This document shows positions 8,433 to 18,467 of a DNA stretch of 64,000 nt, one piece after another; the stretch's first letter is position 1; each line of letters begins with the position of its first letter. The stretch is taken from contig JBBAMX010000008.1 in the NCBI GenBank assembly GCA_040402335.1, forward strand, positions 4,925-68,924, given 5' to 3'. Source of the DNA: Candidatus Planktophila sp. GTDB taxonomy: Bacteria > Actinomycetota > Actinomycetes > Nanopelagicales > Nanopelagicaceae. Position numbers and translations under genes: made by a program. The notes under the pieces are model-generated. The model was given only the letters and a program-made list of their open reading frames with translations. It made no database searches and was not told the DNA's origin.

Positions 8433-10339
8433 CTATTAGTAAAAAAGAGCTGGATCCATCACTTGTTCCAAGCCACGACGGAACCGGTCGGGTTCGCCTT
8501 GCCTTTAGATCGCTTGAAAAAGATAACTCGGTCTCATCGCAAAAAACTATAACCGTACCTACAGGCGTTAGTGCATTTGATGCAGCATCCTGGAACGGTA
8601 TCGCAATCGATTCAACCTGCGGTGGTTATGGGACGTGTAAAAAATGTCGGATTAAAATAACCGATGGAGATATCCAGCCCTCTAAATTAGATTTTCGTGC
8701 CTTCACCGAGAGTGAGATTAAAGCCGGCTGGCGTTTAGCCTGTCTAGTGCGAACGAGTACCGACATCTCAATCGATGTACCCCCGCTTACAACTAGACCC
8801 AAGGCTGCGACCGTTGGAGTTGGCAGGCAGGTCATTCTGCGGCCAGCGGTTCAAAAGCGTTATGTTGAGTTAGAAGAGCCGACCTTGCACGATCAACGCA
8901 CCGATATCGTTCGCCTATTTGATGCGATCGATGATATCGAGGCAACGGCCTCACTTGCGGCGATACGCAACGTTCCCCGTGTACTTCGTGCTGCCAACTT
9001 TAAAGTTACGGCAGTCTTTGTCGATCAAGCCTTTATCGATCTCGAAGCCGGAGACACCACCGCGTTTCGATATGGAATCGCATACGATCTCGGAACAACC
9101 ACCGTCGTGGCAACGCTGCTAGATCTCAATACAGGAGCTCCACTTGCCGTAAAATCAATATTAAATAAGCAGCAACCATTTGGTGCCGACGTCATTACTC
9201 GAATCAGTGCCACCATGCTCGATCCAGCGGCCCTTGAAAAACTATCAAGCCTGGCACAAGAGACCCTGAATCAACTCACGCAAGAGGTCTGCATCGAAGC
9301 CGGTATAGATCCGCTTCACGTATATGAGATCGCTATCGCTGGAAATGCAACGATGAACCAGCTGCTACTTGGAATCGATCCCGAACCTCTAGGGGTAGCT
9401 CCCTTTATTATGGCGGCAGCCGACTTCCCCGATGTGGATGCGCGCGATATCGGAATAGCGATTCATCCGCGGGCAAAGGCGGTTATTTTGCCCTCACTTG
9501 GGGCATATGTTGGTGGAGATATTATCGCTGGCGCCCTTGCCTCGGGAATGGATCGCGATAAACGGCTACGTTTATTTATCGATGTCGGCACTAACTGTGA
9601 GATTGTTTTAGGCGATGGAGAAAAGATTTTAGCTACCGCCGCCCCAGCTGGCCCAGCCTTTGAAGCTGCAAGTATTAAATGTGGTGTACGCGCCGCCTCT
9701 GGTGCGATCGAGACGATCAAAATCGTTGATGGCCAGTTAATTATCGGTACGATCGACGATACGCCGGCGATTGGAATCTGTGGCTCGGGCTTAGTCGATG
9801 CCTGCGCATCTTTAGTCGGTATTGGTTTACTCGATCTCTCGGGCCGCTTTGTAAGCGATGAAACTGCCCGAGAGATTGCGCCAACTCTCGCCGATCGATT
9901 ACTTTTGCGTGAAGGTGAGCGGGTATTTGTTTTAACATGGAGCAAAGAGGTTGGTGATTTAAGCGACTGTGTCTTTTTAACCCAGCGCGATGTTCGTGAA
10001 CTTCAATTTGCAAAGGCAGCGATCGCAACGGGATGGGCCCTGCTGCTTGAAGAGTTTGGTGTCGCCGAAGATGAGATTGCGCAGGTCTTACTTGCCGGAT
10101 CCTTTGGCTCCTACCTCTCCCCCGCCTCGGCTATCAAGATTGGGTTAGTACCTAAGTTATCGGTTATGCGAATCATGTCGGCCGGAAACGTTGCTGGTGA
10201 GGGCGCAAAGATGGTTTTACTTTCGGCGCAAGAGCGACACGGTGCTACTGCGCTGCTCAATGAGATCTCCTACGTCGAACTCTCTGATCGTGCCGATTTC
10301 AACGATAAATTTGTAGATCGATTAGCCTTCCCGGCATGA
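8429..10339 (+). CDS. RamA/RACo-type ATP-dependent corrinoid reductive activator (ASKHA) with N-terminal [2Fe-2S] domain
   Basis: The frame is open from 8429 (after in-frame TGA 8426-8428). It encodes STCGGYGTCKKC...GWRLAC upstream of the track's GTG 8747, followed by YDLGTTT, GADVITRI, DVGTNCE, AGPAFE, GICGSG and LAGSFG. The exact start is uncertain (non-canonical). Confidence 0.88.
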   Translation: MAISKKELDPSLVPSHDGTGRVRLAFRSLEKDNSVSSQKTITVPTGVSAFDAASWNGIAIDSTCGGYGTCKKCRIKITDGDIQPSKLDFRAFTESEIKAGWRLACLVRTSTDISIDVPPLTTRPKAATVGVGRQVILRPAVQKRYVELEEPTLHDQRTDIVRLFDAIDDIEATASLAAIRNVPRVLRAANFKVTAVFVDQAFIDLEAGDTTAFRYGIAYDLGTTTVVATLLDLNTGAPLAVKSILNKQQPFGADVITRISATMLDPAALEKLSSLAQETLNQLTQEVCIEAGIDPLHVYEIAIAGNATMNQLLLGIDPEPLGVAPFIMAAADFPDVDARDIGIAIHPRAKAVILPSLGAYVGGDIIAGALASGMDRDKRLRLFIDVGTNCEIVLGDGEKILATAAPAGPAFEAASIKCGVRAASGAIETIKIVDGQLIIGTIDDTPAIGICGSGLVDACASLVGIGLLDLSGRFVSDETAREIAPTLADRLLLREGERVFVLTWSKEVGDLSDCVFLTQRDVRELQFAKAAIATGWALLLEEFGVAEDEIAQVLLAGSFGSYLSPASAIKIGLVPKLSVMRIMSAGNVAGEGAKMVLLSAQERHGATALLNEISYVELSDRADFNDKFVDRLAFPA

Positions 10340-10920
10340 ACATCGGCATCGTGGCCTGCGGTGCGCTAGCCACACACATTAACGAGATTGCGATAGCTAA
10401 TAATCTTGACCTAACGATCTATCCGCTGCCGCCGTTGTTACATAATCGCCCTGAAAAAATCGCTGGCGAAGTCGACTCACTTCTACATGAGATAAAAGCA
10501 AAACATATTAAATGCGCCGTGGCCTACGCCGATTGCGGAACATACGGAGCCCTCGATGCGGTTATTCAAGCCCATGGTGTCGCCCGACTTCGTGGAAATC
10601 ACTGTTATGACATCTTTGCCGGAGCGGCCGAGATAGAGCGGTTAATGGAGCAAGATGCAGGTACGTACTTCCTAACGGATTTTCTCGTAAAATCCTTCCA
10701 TCGAAGCGTCATCGTTGAGCTTGGATTAGATAGATATCCCTACCTTCGCGATGACTACTTCAAAAACTATACGCGAGTGATCTGGTTGGCTCAGAGCCCA
10801 AGCCCCGAACTGGAAGCGGCCGCAGTCTCAGCGGCGGCTGAGATTGGCCTGCCACTTGAGATTCACAACGCCGGCGCTACCGGTTTAACTGCCCAGATTC
10901 TCGAACTAATTTCGCACTAA
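10336..10920 (+). CDS. DUF1638-family protein (associated with corrinoid reactivation)
   Basis: IVACGAL, LHNRPEKI, YADCGTYG, GNHCYDIFAG, GTYFLTDF, YFKNYTR. ATGA overlap with the activator gene. Confidence 0.75.
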   Translation: MNIGIVACGALATHINEIAIANNLDLTIYPLPPLLHNRPEKIAGEVDSLLHEIKAKHIKCAVAYADCGTYGALDAVIQAHGVARLRGNHCYDIFAGAAEIERLMEQDAGTYFLTDFLVKSFHRSVIVELGLDRYPYLRDDYFKNYTRVIWLAQSPSPELEAAAVSAAAEIGLPLEIHNAGATGLTAQILELISH

Positions 10921-13899
10921 TAAAATATCAAGCGCCTTTAATACTATGGGTGAGAGATCAGACTTACTCACATCAGTAAGCAGGCGATCAATCATTGCCG
11001 GGGTCCAGAATTGAACAATGTGGTGGGCGGTCTGTATCTCAGCTGCATCACCGGCTGGAATATTTACGGCGATCTGATTTGCCATTCGCACGATTGAATC
11101 TAACTGGGGATCATCCCCAATATGAGAATGAATCAGATCGCCAGGGGCTTTGTGCGTTGGTGAGATCTCAACGGCCGTAACTTTGTATTCAGGACAGTTG
11201 GTAGCCCAATCTGAGAATTCTGTGGTGATTACGTTAGCCCCGCTTTCTGGAAAGTGAAAGGTCGTATAAACCACACCGGCCGGCACTTCATCGCTTATGT
11301 GCGCCTTCAAAACCGTTTCACCGACGCGACTAGCGAGCTTGACCCAACTACCTTCAGTGATTCCACGAAGGAGAGCATCGGATTCATGGATATCTAAGAT
11401 GTCCTCGGTATGCCAAATATTATTTGCCGTCCTACGTGTCTGGGCGCCGACGTTGTACTGACTTAAAACCCGCCCCGTTGTCAGTAAGAGTGGATACTGC
11501 CGTGTCGCCTTTTCATCGGTGGGAACATACTCGGTGCGCATAAAGCGACCCTCACCCCGAACAAACTCATCGACATGCATCGTTGGTGTGCCTTCAGGAT
11601 GTGCCTCGTTGCATGGCCATTGAATACTTCCCAACTCATCCAACTTTGCAAATGAGACTCCAGCAAAAGTCGGCGTAGTAGCCGCTATCTCAGCCATGAT
11701 TGCCGCACCGTTCTCATAGGCCATCGGATAACCCATCGCCGTAGCTAAATCACATGTGACTTCATACTCGCTCTTACCCGTTTTAGATTTCATAACAGGA
11801 CGTACTCGGTTGATGCGCCGTTCGGCGTTTGTAAAAGTTCCATCTTTTTCTAGAAAAGATGTGCCAGGTAAGAAGACGTGGGCAAACTTTGAGGTCTCAT
11901 TAAGGAAGAGATCTTGGACAATCACCATATCCATCGCCCGCAGCGCGGCATGTACGTGCGAGATATTGGGATCGGACTGTGCGATATCTTCGCCTTGAAC
12001 ATAGAGACCTCGATACTCGCCGGCGATTGCAGCATCAAACATATTTGGAATTCGCATTCCAGGTTCGGCCTGTAGCTCTATCCCCCAAGCATCATTAAAT
12101 ATCGCTCGCGTCTGTGGATTTGATATATGGCGGTAGCCCGAAAGCTCATGCGGGAATGAGCCCATATCGCACGAGCCCTGAACATTGTTCTGCCCACGCA
12201 GTGGATTTACGCCGACGCCTTTGCGACCAATATTTCCAGTGGCCATCGCAAGGTTTGCTATTCCCATCACCATCGTTGAGCCCTGGCTATGCTCGGTGAC
12301 GCCTAATCCATAGTAAATTGAGCCATTTTTAGCGTTAGCAAAGAGGTGGGCAGCGGCTCGAATCTGCGCCGCTGGAACCCGTGATGATTGCTCCATCGCC
12401 TCTGGCGAGTTTTGCGGCAGTTTAATAAAACGCTCCCACTCTTTAAATGAGGCTTCATCACAGCGCGCTTCCACAAACTCACGCTTTATTAAGCCATCGG
12501 TTGCGATCACGTGGGCTAGTGCGTTGATAACGGCTACGTTGGTGCCGGGCATTAATTGAAGATGATGGGCTGCGACGACCCCGGGTGTTCGAACCAGCGC
12601 AATAACTCGCGGATCGATGACAATTAAGACAGCGCCCTTTCGAATCGCCTGCTTCATACGTGAGGCAAAAACTGGGTGAGCCGATGTTGGATTCGCGCCG
12701 ATGAGCATAATCACATCGCTGTGCTCTACCGACTCGAAATCCTGAGTACCTGCCGATGTTCCAAATGTCTGGCCGAGGCCATAGCCAGTAGGTGAGTGAC
12801 ACACTCGCGCACAGGTATCCACATTATTATTTCTAAAGGCGGCGCGCACCATTTTTTGGACAACAAATACCTCTTCATTAGTGCATCTCGATGAAGTAAT
12901 TCCACCGATCGCATTAACGCCGTTCTCTTTTTGAATCTTCTTTAAGCCATCGGCGGCAAAAGCAATCGCCTCGGCCCATGAGACCTCTCTCCAATCATCG
13001 CTAATCGTATTTCTAATCAAAGGCTTTGTGATCCGATCGCTGTGAGTGGCATATCCATAAGCAAAGCGCCCCTTTACACAGGAGTGCCCCTCATTAGCGC
13101 CACCAGATTTAAGCGGAACCATCCGAACAAGCTCTTCTCCGCGCATTTCGGCTTTGAATGAACAGCCAACGCCGCAGTAAGCACAGGTAGTAATGATCGA
13201 CGATGTCGGTGCTCCGATTGTAAGCAAACTCTTTTCAGTCAGTGCACCCGTTGGACAGGCTTGAACACAGGCACCACATGAAACACACTCACTCTCTATG
13301 AATGATGTACCCGATGAGGAGACTCGAGCTTTGAACCCACGGTTTTCAATAGTCAATGCAAAGGTTCCCTGAACTTCATCACATGCTCGCACGCATCGAT
13401 TACAGACAATGCACTCAGTTGAATCAAAGGTAAAGTATGGATTGCTCTCATCTTTCGCTAAATCCAAATGTGTATCGCCACCGGCATATCTGCTGGTCTC
13501 GATTCCAAGTTTTTTAGCGACGCCATGGAGTTCGCACTCATCCCCTGTTGCACATTTTGCGGGATGATCCGATAAGTAAAGCTCCATAACGCCTTTACGG
13601 ATTCGATCAATCTTTTCCGAACGAGTAGTAACCTTCATTCCCTCGGCAACGGGAGTAGTGCAAGAGGATGGCGTCCCGTTTCGTGCATCGACTTCAATGA
13701 TGCATAGCCGACATGAGCCAAAAGCCTTTAAGGAATCGGTGGAGCAGAGCTTTGGAATCTCAATGCCTGCTTCAAGGGCGGCGCGCATGATCGAAGTTGC
13801 AGCGGCGACAAGAATCGGACGACCATCGATCTCAAGGCTCACCTGCGCTAGCTTTGCACTAGCCGGGGTGCCGAAATCTGGCTCGTAAATCATCGTCAT
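10906..13899 (-). CDS. fdsA: NAD-dependent Mo formate dehydrogenase alpha subunit with C-terminally fused FdsD domain
   Basis: [2Fe-2S] GSCRLC, [4Fe-4S] CIVCNRC/CVSCGAC, TCAYCGVGC, active-site CARVCHS (Cys, not Sec), PLRGQNNVQG, EYKVTAV, then an FdsD-like RMANQIA...HIVQFW. Confidence 0.95.
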   Translation of the reverse strand: MTMIYEPDFGTPASAKLAQVSLEIDGRPILVAAATSIMRAALEAGIEIPKLCSTDSLKAFGSCRLCIIEVDARNGTPSSCTTPVAEGMKVTTRSEKIDRIRKGVMELYLSDHPAKCATGDECELHGVAKKLGIETSRYAGGDTHLDLAKDESNPYFTFDSTECIVCNRCVRACDEVQGTFALTIENRGFKARVSSSGTSFIESECVSCGACVQACPTGALTEKSLLTIGAPTSSIITTCAYCGVGCSFKAEMRGEELVRMVPLKSGGANEGHSCVKGRFAYGYATHSDRITKPLIRNTISDDWREVSWAEAIAFAADGLKKIQKENGVNAIGGITSSRCTNEEVFVVQKMVRAAFRNNNVDTCARVCHSPTGYGLGQTFGTSAGTQDFESVEHSDVIMLIGANPTSAHPVFASRMKQAIRKGAVLIVIDPRVIALVRTPGVVAAHHLQLMPGTNVAVINALAHVIATDGLIKREFVEARCDEASFKEWERFIKLPQNSPEAMEQSSRVPAAQIRAAAHLFANAKNGSIYYGLGVTEHSQGSTMVMGIANLAMATGNIGRKGVGVNPLRGQNNVQGSCDMGSFPHELSGYRHISNPQTRAIFNDAWGIELQAEPGMRIPNMFDAAIAGEYRGLYVQGEDIAQSDPNISHVHAALRAMDMVIVQDLFLNETSKFAHVFLPGTSFLEKDGTFTNAERRINRVRPVMKSKTGKSEYEVTCDLATAMGYPMAYENGAAIMAEIAATTPTFAGVSFAKLDELGSIQWPCNEAHPEGTPTMHVDEFVRGEGRFMRTEYVPTDEKATRQYPLLLTTGRVLSQYNVGAQTRRTANNIWHTEDILDIHESDALLRGITEGSWVKLASRVGETVLKAHISDEVPAGVVYTTFHFPESGANVITTEFSDWATNCPEYKVTAVEISPTHKAPGDLIHSHIGDDPQLDSIVRMANQIAVNIPAGDAAEIQTAHHIVQFWTPAMIDRLLTDVSKSDLSPIVLKALDILLVRN

Positions 13900-15419
13900 T
13901 TCGCTGCTCCTGTGAAATCGGATGGGAAGTTAATCATCGCACTCTTTACCGGTAATGGTGTGAGTCCACCCATCGCACAGAGGGAGCCCTCGCTCATTAC
14001 CTCACATAGATCAAGTAGGAGCCGCTTATTTTCATCGACTTCAACGCCTCGAATTATTAAATCGATTGTTTCAGCCCCGCGAGTGGAGCCGATACGACAG
14101 GGCGTGCATTTGCCGCAGGATTCAATGGCACAAAACTCCATCGCAAACTTGGCTTGTACCGCTAAATCAACGCTCTCATCAAAGACCACGATGCCGCCAT
14201 GGCCTAACATACCCCCGGCTGCAATCAGGGATTCATAGTCCATCGAAACGCCAAACTGCGCAGTAGAGAAATAGGCGCCAAGTGGGCCACCGACCTGGAC
14301 CGCTCGCACAGCTCGCGCACTCAAGCTACCTCCACCATATGTATTGACTAAATCCTCGAGAGTTACACCGAAGGCTTTTTCAACGATTCCACCGCGCGCA
14401 ATATTTCCAGCTAATTGAAAGACCTGAGTTCCGAGTGAGCGCCCTACTCCCCGCTCTTTATATGCTTGAGATCCCTGGGCCAAAATCATTGGAACTGTAG
14501 CCAGAGTGAGCACGTTATTTATAACCGTTGGTTGGCCAAAGAGGCCTTCAACTGCTGGCAGTGGAGGCTTAGCTCGAACTACTCCACGCTTTCCTTCAAT
14601 GCTCTCTAACATTGCAGTCTCTTCGCCACATACATAAGAGCCGGCACCGATTCGAATCGAGATATTAAAGCTATGCGTTGTGCCGAGCACGCTTTCGCCC
14701 AACAAGTTACTCGCTCGAGCGATATCGATCGCTTTCTGCATGGTTGTAATTGCTGCAGGATACTCAGAGCGAATATAAACAATGCCGAGCGTTGCTCCAA
14801 CTGTAATCCCTGCAATTGTCATGCCTTCGATCAAAGTAAATGGATCACCCTCCATTAACATACGGTCGGCAAACGTTCCGCTATCTCCCTCATCGGCGTT
14901 ACAACAAATATATTTCTGAACTGCAGGAGTTTGTAATACGGTCCGCCACTTAATGCCAGCTGGAAAGCCTGCTCCGCCTCGTCCACGAAGGCCCGAATCG
15001 CTCAGTTCATCAATTATCTCTTGCGCGCTAAGTGTGAGCGCCCGCTTTAATCCAACTAAGCCACCGTGTTCGCGATAATCATCAAGGGATAGTGGATCGA
15101 TAATCCCAACGCGAGCAAAAGTGATTCGATCTTGCGAAGCTAGCCATTCAATCCCATCGGTTGCACCAAGTGAAAGCCGATGTGGGCCACCTGAAAGAAA
15201 ATCGGCTTCAAAGAGTGAGCCGACATCGTTGGGCATGACGGGGCCATATGCGATGCGCCCACTAGGAGTCTGCACTTCTACAAGGGTCTCAAGCCATAAC
15301 GCACCCCGCGAACCATTTCTTACAATCTCTACCGCTGGATCTATCCGCGCGATTTCGCGGGCGACTTCATCTGCACCGATCGAGACCGCGGCGCTATCAA
15401 TCGGCACATAGACTCTCAT
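13896..15419 (-). CDS. fdsB: Formate dehydrogenase beta (NuoF-like, FMN/NAD-binding) subunit
   Basis: GLRGRGGAGFP, CNADEGDSGTFADR, GAGSYVCGEET, SCGKCTPCRIG, SLCAMG. Confidence 0.95.
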   Translation of the reverse strand: MRVYVPIDSAAVSIGADEVAREIARIDPAVEIVRNGSRGALWLETLVEVQTPSGRIAYGPVMPNDVGSLFEADFLSGGPHRLSLGATDGIEWLASQDRITFARVGIIDPLSLDDYREHGGLVGLKRALTLSAQEIIDELSDSGLRGRGGAGFPAGIKWRTVLQTPAVQKYICCNADEGDSGTFADRMLMEGDPFTLIEGMTIAGITVGATLGIVYIRSEYPAAITTMQKAIDIARASNLLGESVLGTTHSFNISIRIGAGSYVCGEETAMLESIEGKRGVVRAKPPLPAVEGLFGQPTVINNVLTLATVPMILAQGSQAYKERGVGRSLGTQVFQLAGNIARGGIVEKAFGVTLEDLVNTYGGGSLSARAVRAVQVGGPLGAYFSTAQFGVSMDYESLIAAGGMLGHGGIVVFDESVDLAVQAKFAMEFCAIESCGKCTPCRIGSTRGAETIDLIIRGVEVDENKRLLLDLCEVMSEGSLCAMGGLTPLPVKSAMINFPSDFTGAAK

Positions 15420-15841
15420 CGGCGGGCCTGAGTTATTTTTTCAACTGTTGCGCGTCCAATGAGCTGGCCATCGACCATGACGGCGGGACCAAGTGCGCAG
15501 TTACCAAAGCAGTATGCGTCATGGCTCTCTTGCCCATAGATTGCTTTAATCTCTCGCTCCAAACTCCGTCCACCAACTGCCTGACACGCTTCGGCCACGC
15601 AGATTGAGATCTGATGCTGCGCTGGGGGCGTCGTACGCAGATCGTGATAGAAAGTTAGAACGCCATGAACATCTGCTCTAGTTTTATTAAAAAAATTTGC
15701 AATCAGTACAACCGACGCTTTATCCACGTAACCAAACTCTTTCTGCATCGCCTGCAGAGCCATTAATACCGGGCCTTTTTCTTCACGCAAAATCGCAAGG
15801 AGCTCTAAGGCCCGCACTTGTGACCACGGTGGATACTTCAT
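15416..15841 (-). CDS. fdsG: Formate dehydrogenase gamma (NuoE-like, [2Fe-2S]) subunit
   Basis: RADVHGVLTFYHD, ICVAEACQA, YCFGNCALGPA. Confidence 0.92.
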   Translation of the reverse strand: MKYPPWSQVRALELLAILREEKGPVLMALQAMQKEFGYVDKASVVLIANFFNKTRADVHGVLTFYHDLRTTPPAQHQISICVAEACQAVGGRSLEREIKAIYGQESHDAYCFGNCALGPAVMVDGQLIGRATVEKITQARR

Positions 15842-17505
15842 TAGAACAGACCCACTACCTTTCCATCTATATAGTCGATTCGCTCAGAGGCCGGGATCTT
15901 TGGTAGCCCGGGCATTGTCATAATCTCACCACAGATCATCACAATAAACTCCGCTCCGGCCGAGAGTTTTACTTCCCGAATATTTAAGGAGTGTCCATTG
16001 GGAGCACCTCTTAAAGCGGCATCAGTGCTAAATGAGTACTGGGTCTTAGCCACGCAGATTGGAAACCTGCCGTAGCCGGCGGCTTCAAGCTCCTTTAACT
16101 TTAGACGTACTTTGGCATCTGCAGTTACCTCTTTTGCGCCATAAATCTTGGTCGCGACTGCATCTATCTTCTCCCACAAGCTTGCATCATCTTCATAAAC
16201 AAAACGCATCTGCTCTGGCTGCTCGCAGAGTTCGACCACGGTGCGCGCTAAGTCGGCAGCACCTGCGCCACCATCGGCCCAATGTGTAGCAAGGACAATC
16301 TTCACACCTAAGGCTTCAACACGGGAGCGAAGAAGTGCTAACTCCGCGGGTGTATCACTCGTAAAATTATTAATTGAAACTACCAAGGGCAGGTTATAAA
16401 CATCTTTTATATTATGAATGTGACGCTCTAAGTTAACTAGTCCAGCTTCAAGTGCGCCTAAGTTTTCCTCGGTGATTGTCTTTAAATCGGCCCCACCGTG
16501 ATATTTAATGGCTCTTACAGTTGCTACGAGTACACATGCCGAGGGTCGTAAACCAGACTTTCGACATTTTATATCGATAAATTTCTCGGCACCAAGATCT
16601 GCGCCAAAGCCCGCTTCGGTGACAACGTAATCAGCCAACTTCATCGCTGAAGTAGTTGCAACAACCGAGTTACATCCATGGGCGATGTTGGCAAATGGGC
16701 CACCATGAATAAATGCAGGAGTATTCTCTAAACTCTGCACTAGGTTTGGTTGGAATGCATCTTTTAAGATAACCGTCATTGCCCCTTGTGCGTTGAGATC
16801 ACTCGCGAGTACTGGCGTCTTATCACGCTTATATCCAACGACAATTCTTCCAATCCTCTCTTTCAAATCCTCAATCGAAGTTGCAAGGCAGAAGATAGCC
16901 ATAATCTCGGATGCGACAACGATGTCGAAGCCATCACTTCGCGGATAACCATTACCAACTCCACCGATAGATTGAATTATTTCCCGTAACGCTCGATCAT
17001 TCATGTCGATAACGCGCTTCCATGTGACTCGACGAATATCAATTGCAAGCTCATTACCATGATGAATATGGTTATCAATAAGGGCTGCGAGTAAGTTATT
17101 GGCAAGGGCGATAGCGTTAAAATCCCCAGTAAAGTGGAGGTTAATATCCTCCATCGGAACGACTTGGGCGAAGCCACCACCTGCCGCCCCGCCCTTCATT
17201 CCAAAAACTGGACCAAGAGATGGTTCACGCAGGGCGATCATTGCGTTTTTACCGATGTAGCGCAGAGCATCACCCAGACCCACCGTTGTGGTTGTCTTAC
17301 CCTCACCAGCTGGTGTTGGGCTGATGGCGGTAACAAGAATTAACTTTGCATTTTCACGCTCTGGTAGCGCCGTTAAATATTTTAAATTTACCTTAGCCTT
17401 ATATTTCCCATAAGCCTCAAGATGTTCAACGTCGATTCCAAGTGATGCACCAATCTCATTAATTGGTTTCATCGTTGCAGCTTGAGCGATCTGGATATCT
17501 GACAT
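15841..17505 (-). CDS. fhs: Formate--tetrahydrofolate ligase
   Basis: [62 protein letters not shown]. Confidence 0.97.
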   Translation of the reverse strand: MSDIQIAQAATMKPINEIGASLGIDVEHLEAYGKYKAKVNLKYLTALPERENAKLILVTAISPTPAGEGKTTTTVGLGDALRYIGKNAMIALREPSLGPVFGMKGGAAGGGFAQVVPMEDINLHFTGDFNAIALANNLLAALIDNHIHHGNELAIDIRRVTWKRVIDMNDRALREIIQSIGGVGNGYPRSDGFDIVVASEIMAIFCLATSIEDLKERIGRIVVGYKRDKTPVLASDLNAQGAMTVILKDAFQPNLVQSLENTPAFIHGGPFANIAHGCNSVVATTSAMKLADYVVTEAGFGADLGAEKFIDIKCRKSGLRPSACVLVATVRAIKYHGGADLKTITEENLGALEAGLVNLERHIHNIKDVYNLPLVVSINNFTSDTPAELALLRSRVEALGVKIVLATHWADGGAGAADLARTVVELCEQPEQMRFVYEDDASLWEKIDAVATKIYGAKEVTADAKVRLKLKELEAAGYGRFPICVAKTQYSFSTDAALRGAPNGHSLNIREVKLSAGAEFIVMICGEIMTMPGLPKIPASERIDYIDGKVVGLF

Positions 17506-17507
17506 TT

Positions 17508-18467
17508 TTATCCCTTAGCTTGACGTATGGCGCTAGTAAGCGCAGGTATTATTTGGTGTAAGTCACCGATAATTGCATAGTCGGCATAACGTAAAATTGG
17601 AGCTTCGGGATCGGTATTGATAACAACTATCGTCTTACTATTTTTCATGCCCGCTATATGTTGCATCGCACCTGAAATTCCAGCGGCGATATATAAATCT
17701 GGAGCAACCTTGGTGCCGGTCTGCCCCACTTGTTCGGCATGAGGTCGCCAACCAGAGCTGGTAACTACCCGAGAGCAGCCCACAGCGCCTCCGAGCAGGG
17801 CGGCTAAATCCTCTAGATTACCAAAGCCGTCGGCGCCACCTACTCCTCGGCCACCTGAAACAATCACTTTGGCATCGTTAAGTGTGACTCCAGCCTTAGT
17901 TTGAGCAGAGCCCCGACTAAGAATCTTTACAACATAATCTTGCGGCTCTAATGCGGGTGTAAAGACTGCAACAGTTGCCGCTGCTCCACTTACTGATATC
18001 GCTTCAAATGAGAAATTGTTGACCGTTGCAATTAATAACTCTTCATGAACATTGGCCGATTCAATTAAATTACCGGCCCAACGTGCTCGAAGAACTTGGT
18101 GTGGATGCCCCAAAGCGATCTCTAAACACTCCGCCGCCATCGGTACATCTAAAAATGCAGCCAGGTGGGCTAACTGTTCATTGCCTCGTGGGGTTCCAGC
18201 GGCTAGAACGGCGGCTGGTGAGAGTTTTTCTACTAAATCTTTAAGCGCACGGCCCGATGCCATTGGTGTGTAATCGGTAATCAAATCATGCTGTGCAACA
18301 TGTAAAACCTTTGCACCAAATTCGCCGATGAGGCCCGCTAAAGCTGCACCCTGGCTACCAATGACTACCGCCTCAATATCTTGGCCCAAGCCACGAGCGG
18401 CAGTGAGAGCTCTGAGTGAGAGTGAATCTATCTCTCCTCGGTCGTGATCGATGAGAACTAAAATCAT
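17508..18467 (-). CDS. etfA: Electron transfer flavoprotein alpha subunit
   Basis: [36 protein letters not shown]. Confidence 0.93.
   Translation of the reverse strand: MILVLIDHDRGEIDSLSLRALTAARGLGQDIEAVVIGSQGAALAGLIGEFGAKVLHVAQHDLITDYTPMASGRALKDLVEKLSPAAVLAAGTPRGNEQLAHLAAFLDVPMAAECLEIALGHPHQVLRARWAGNLIESANVHEELLIATVNNFSFEAISVSGAAATVAVFTPALEPQDYVVKILSRGSAQTKAGVTLNDAKVIVSGGRGVGGADGFGNLEDLAALLGGAVGCSRVVTSSGWRPHAEQVGQTGTKVAPDLYIAAGISGAMQHIAGMKNSKTIVVINTDPEAPILRYADYAIIGDLHQIIPALTSAIRQAKG

Noticed and set aside
8747-10339. GTG 8747 as the true start of the activator
   Set aside because: It would drop an intact in-frame [2Fe-2S] domain.
10906-13899. Selenocysteine in formate dehydrogenase
   Set aside because: The active site reads CARVCHS with a Cys codon, and there is no in-frame TGA.
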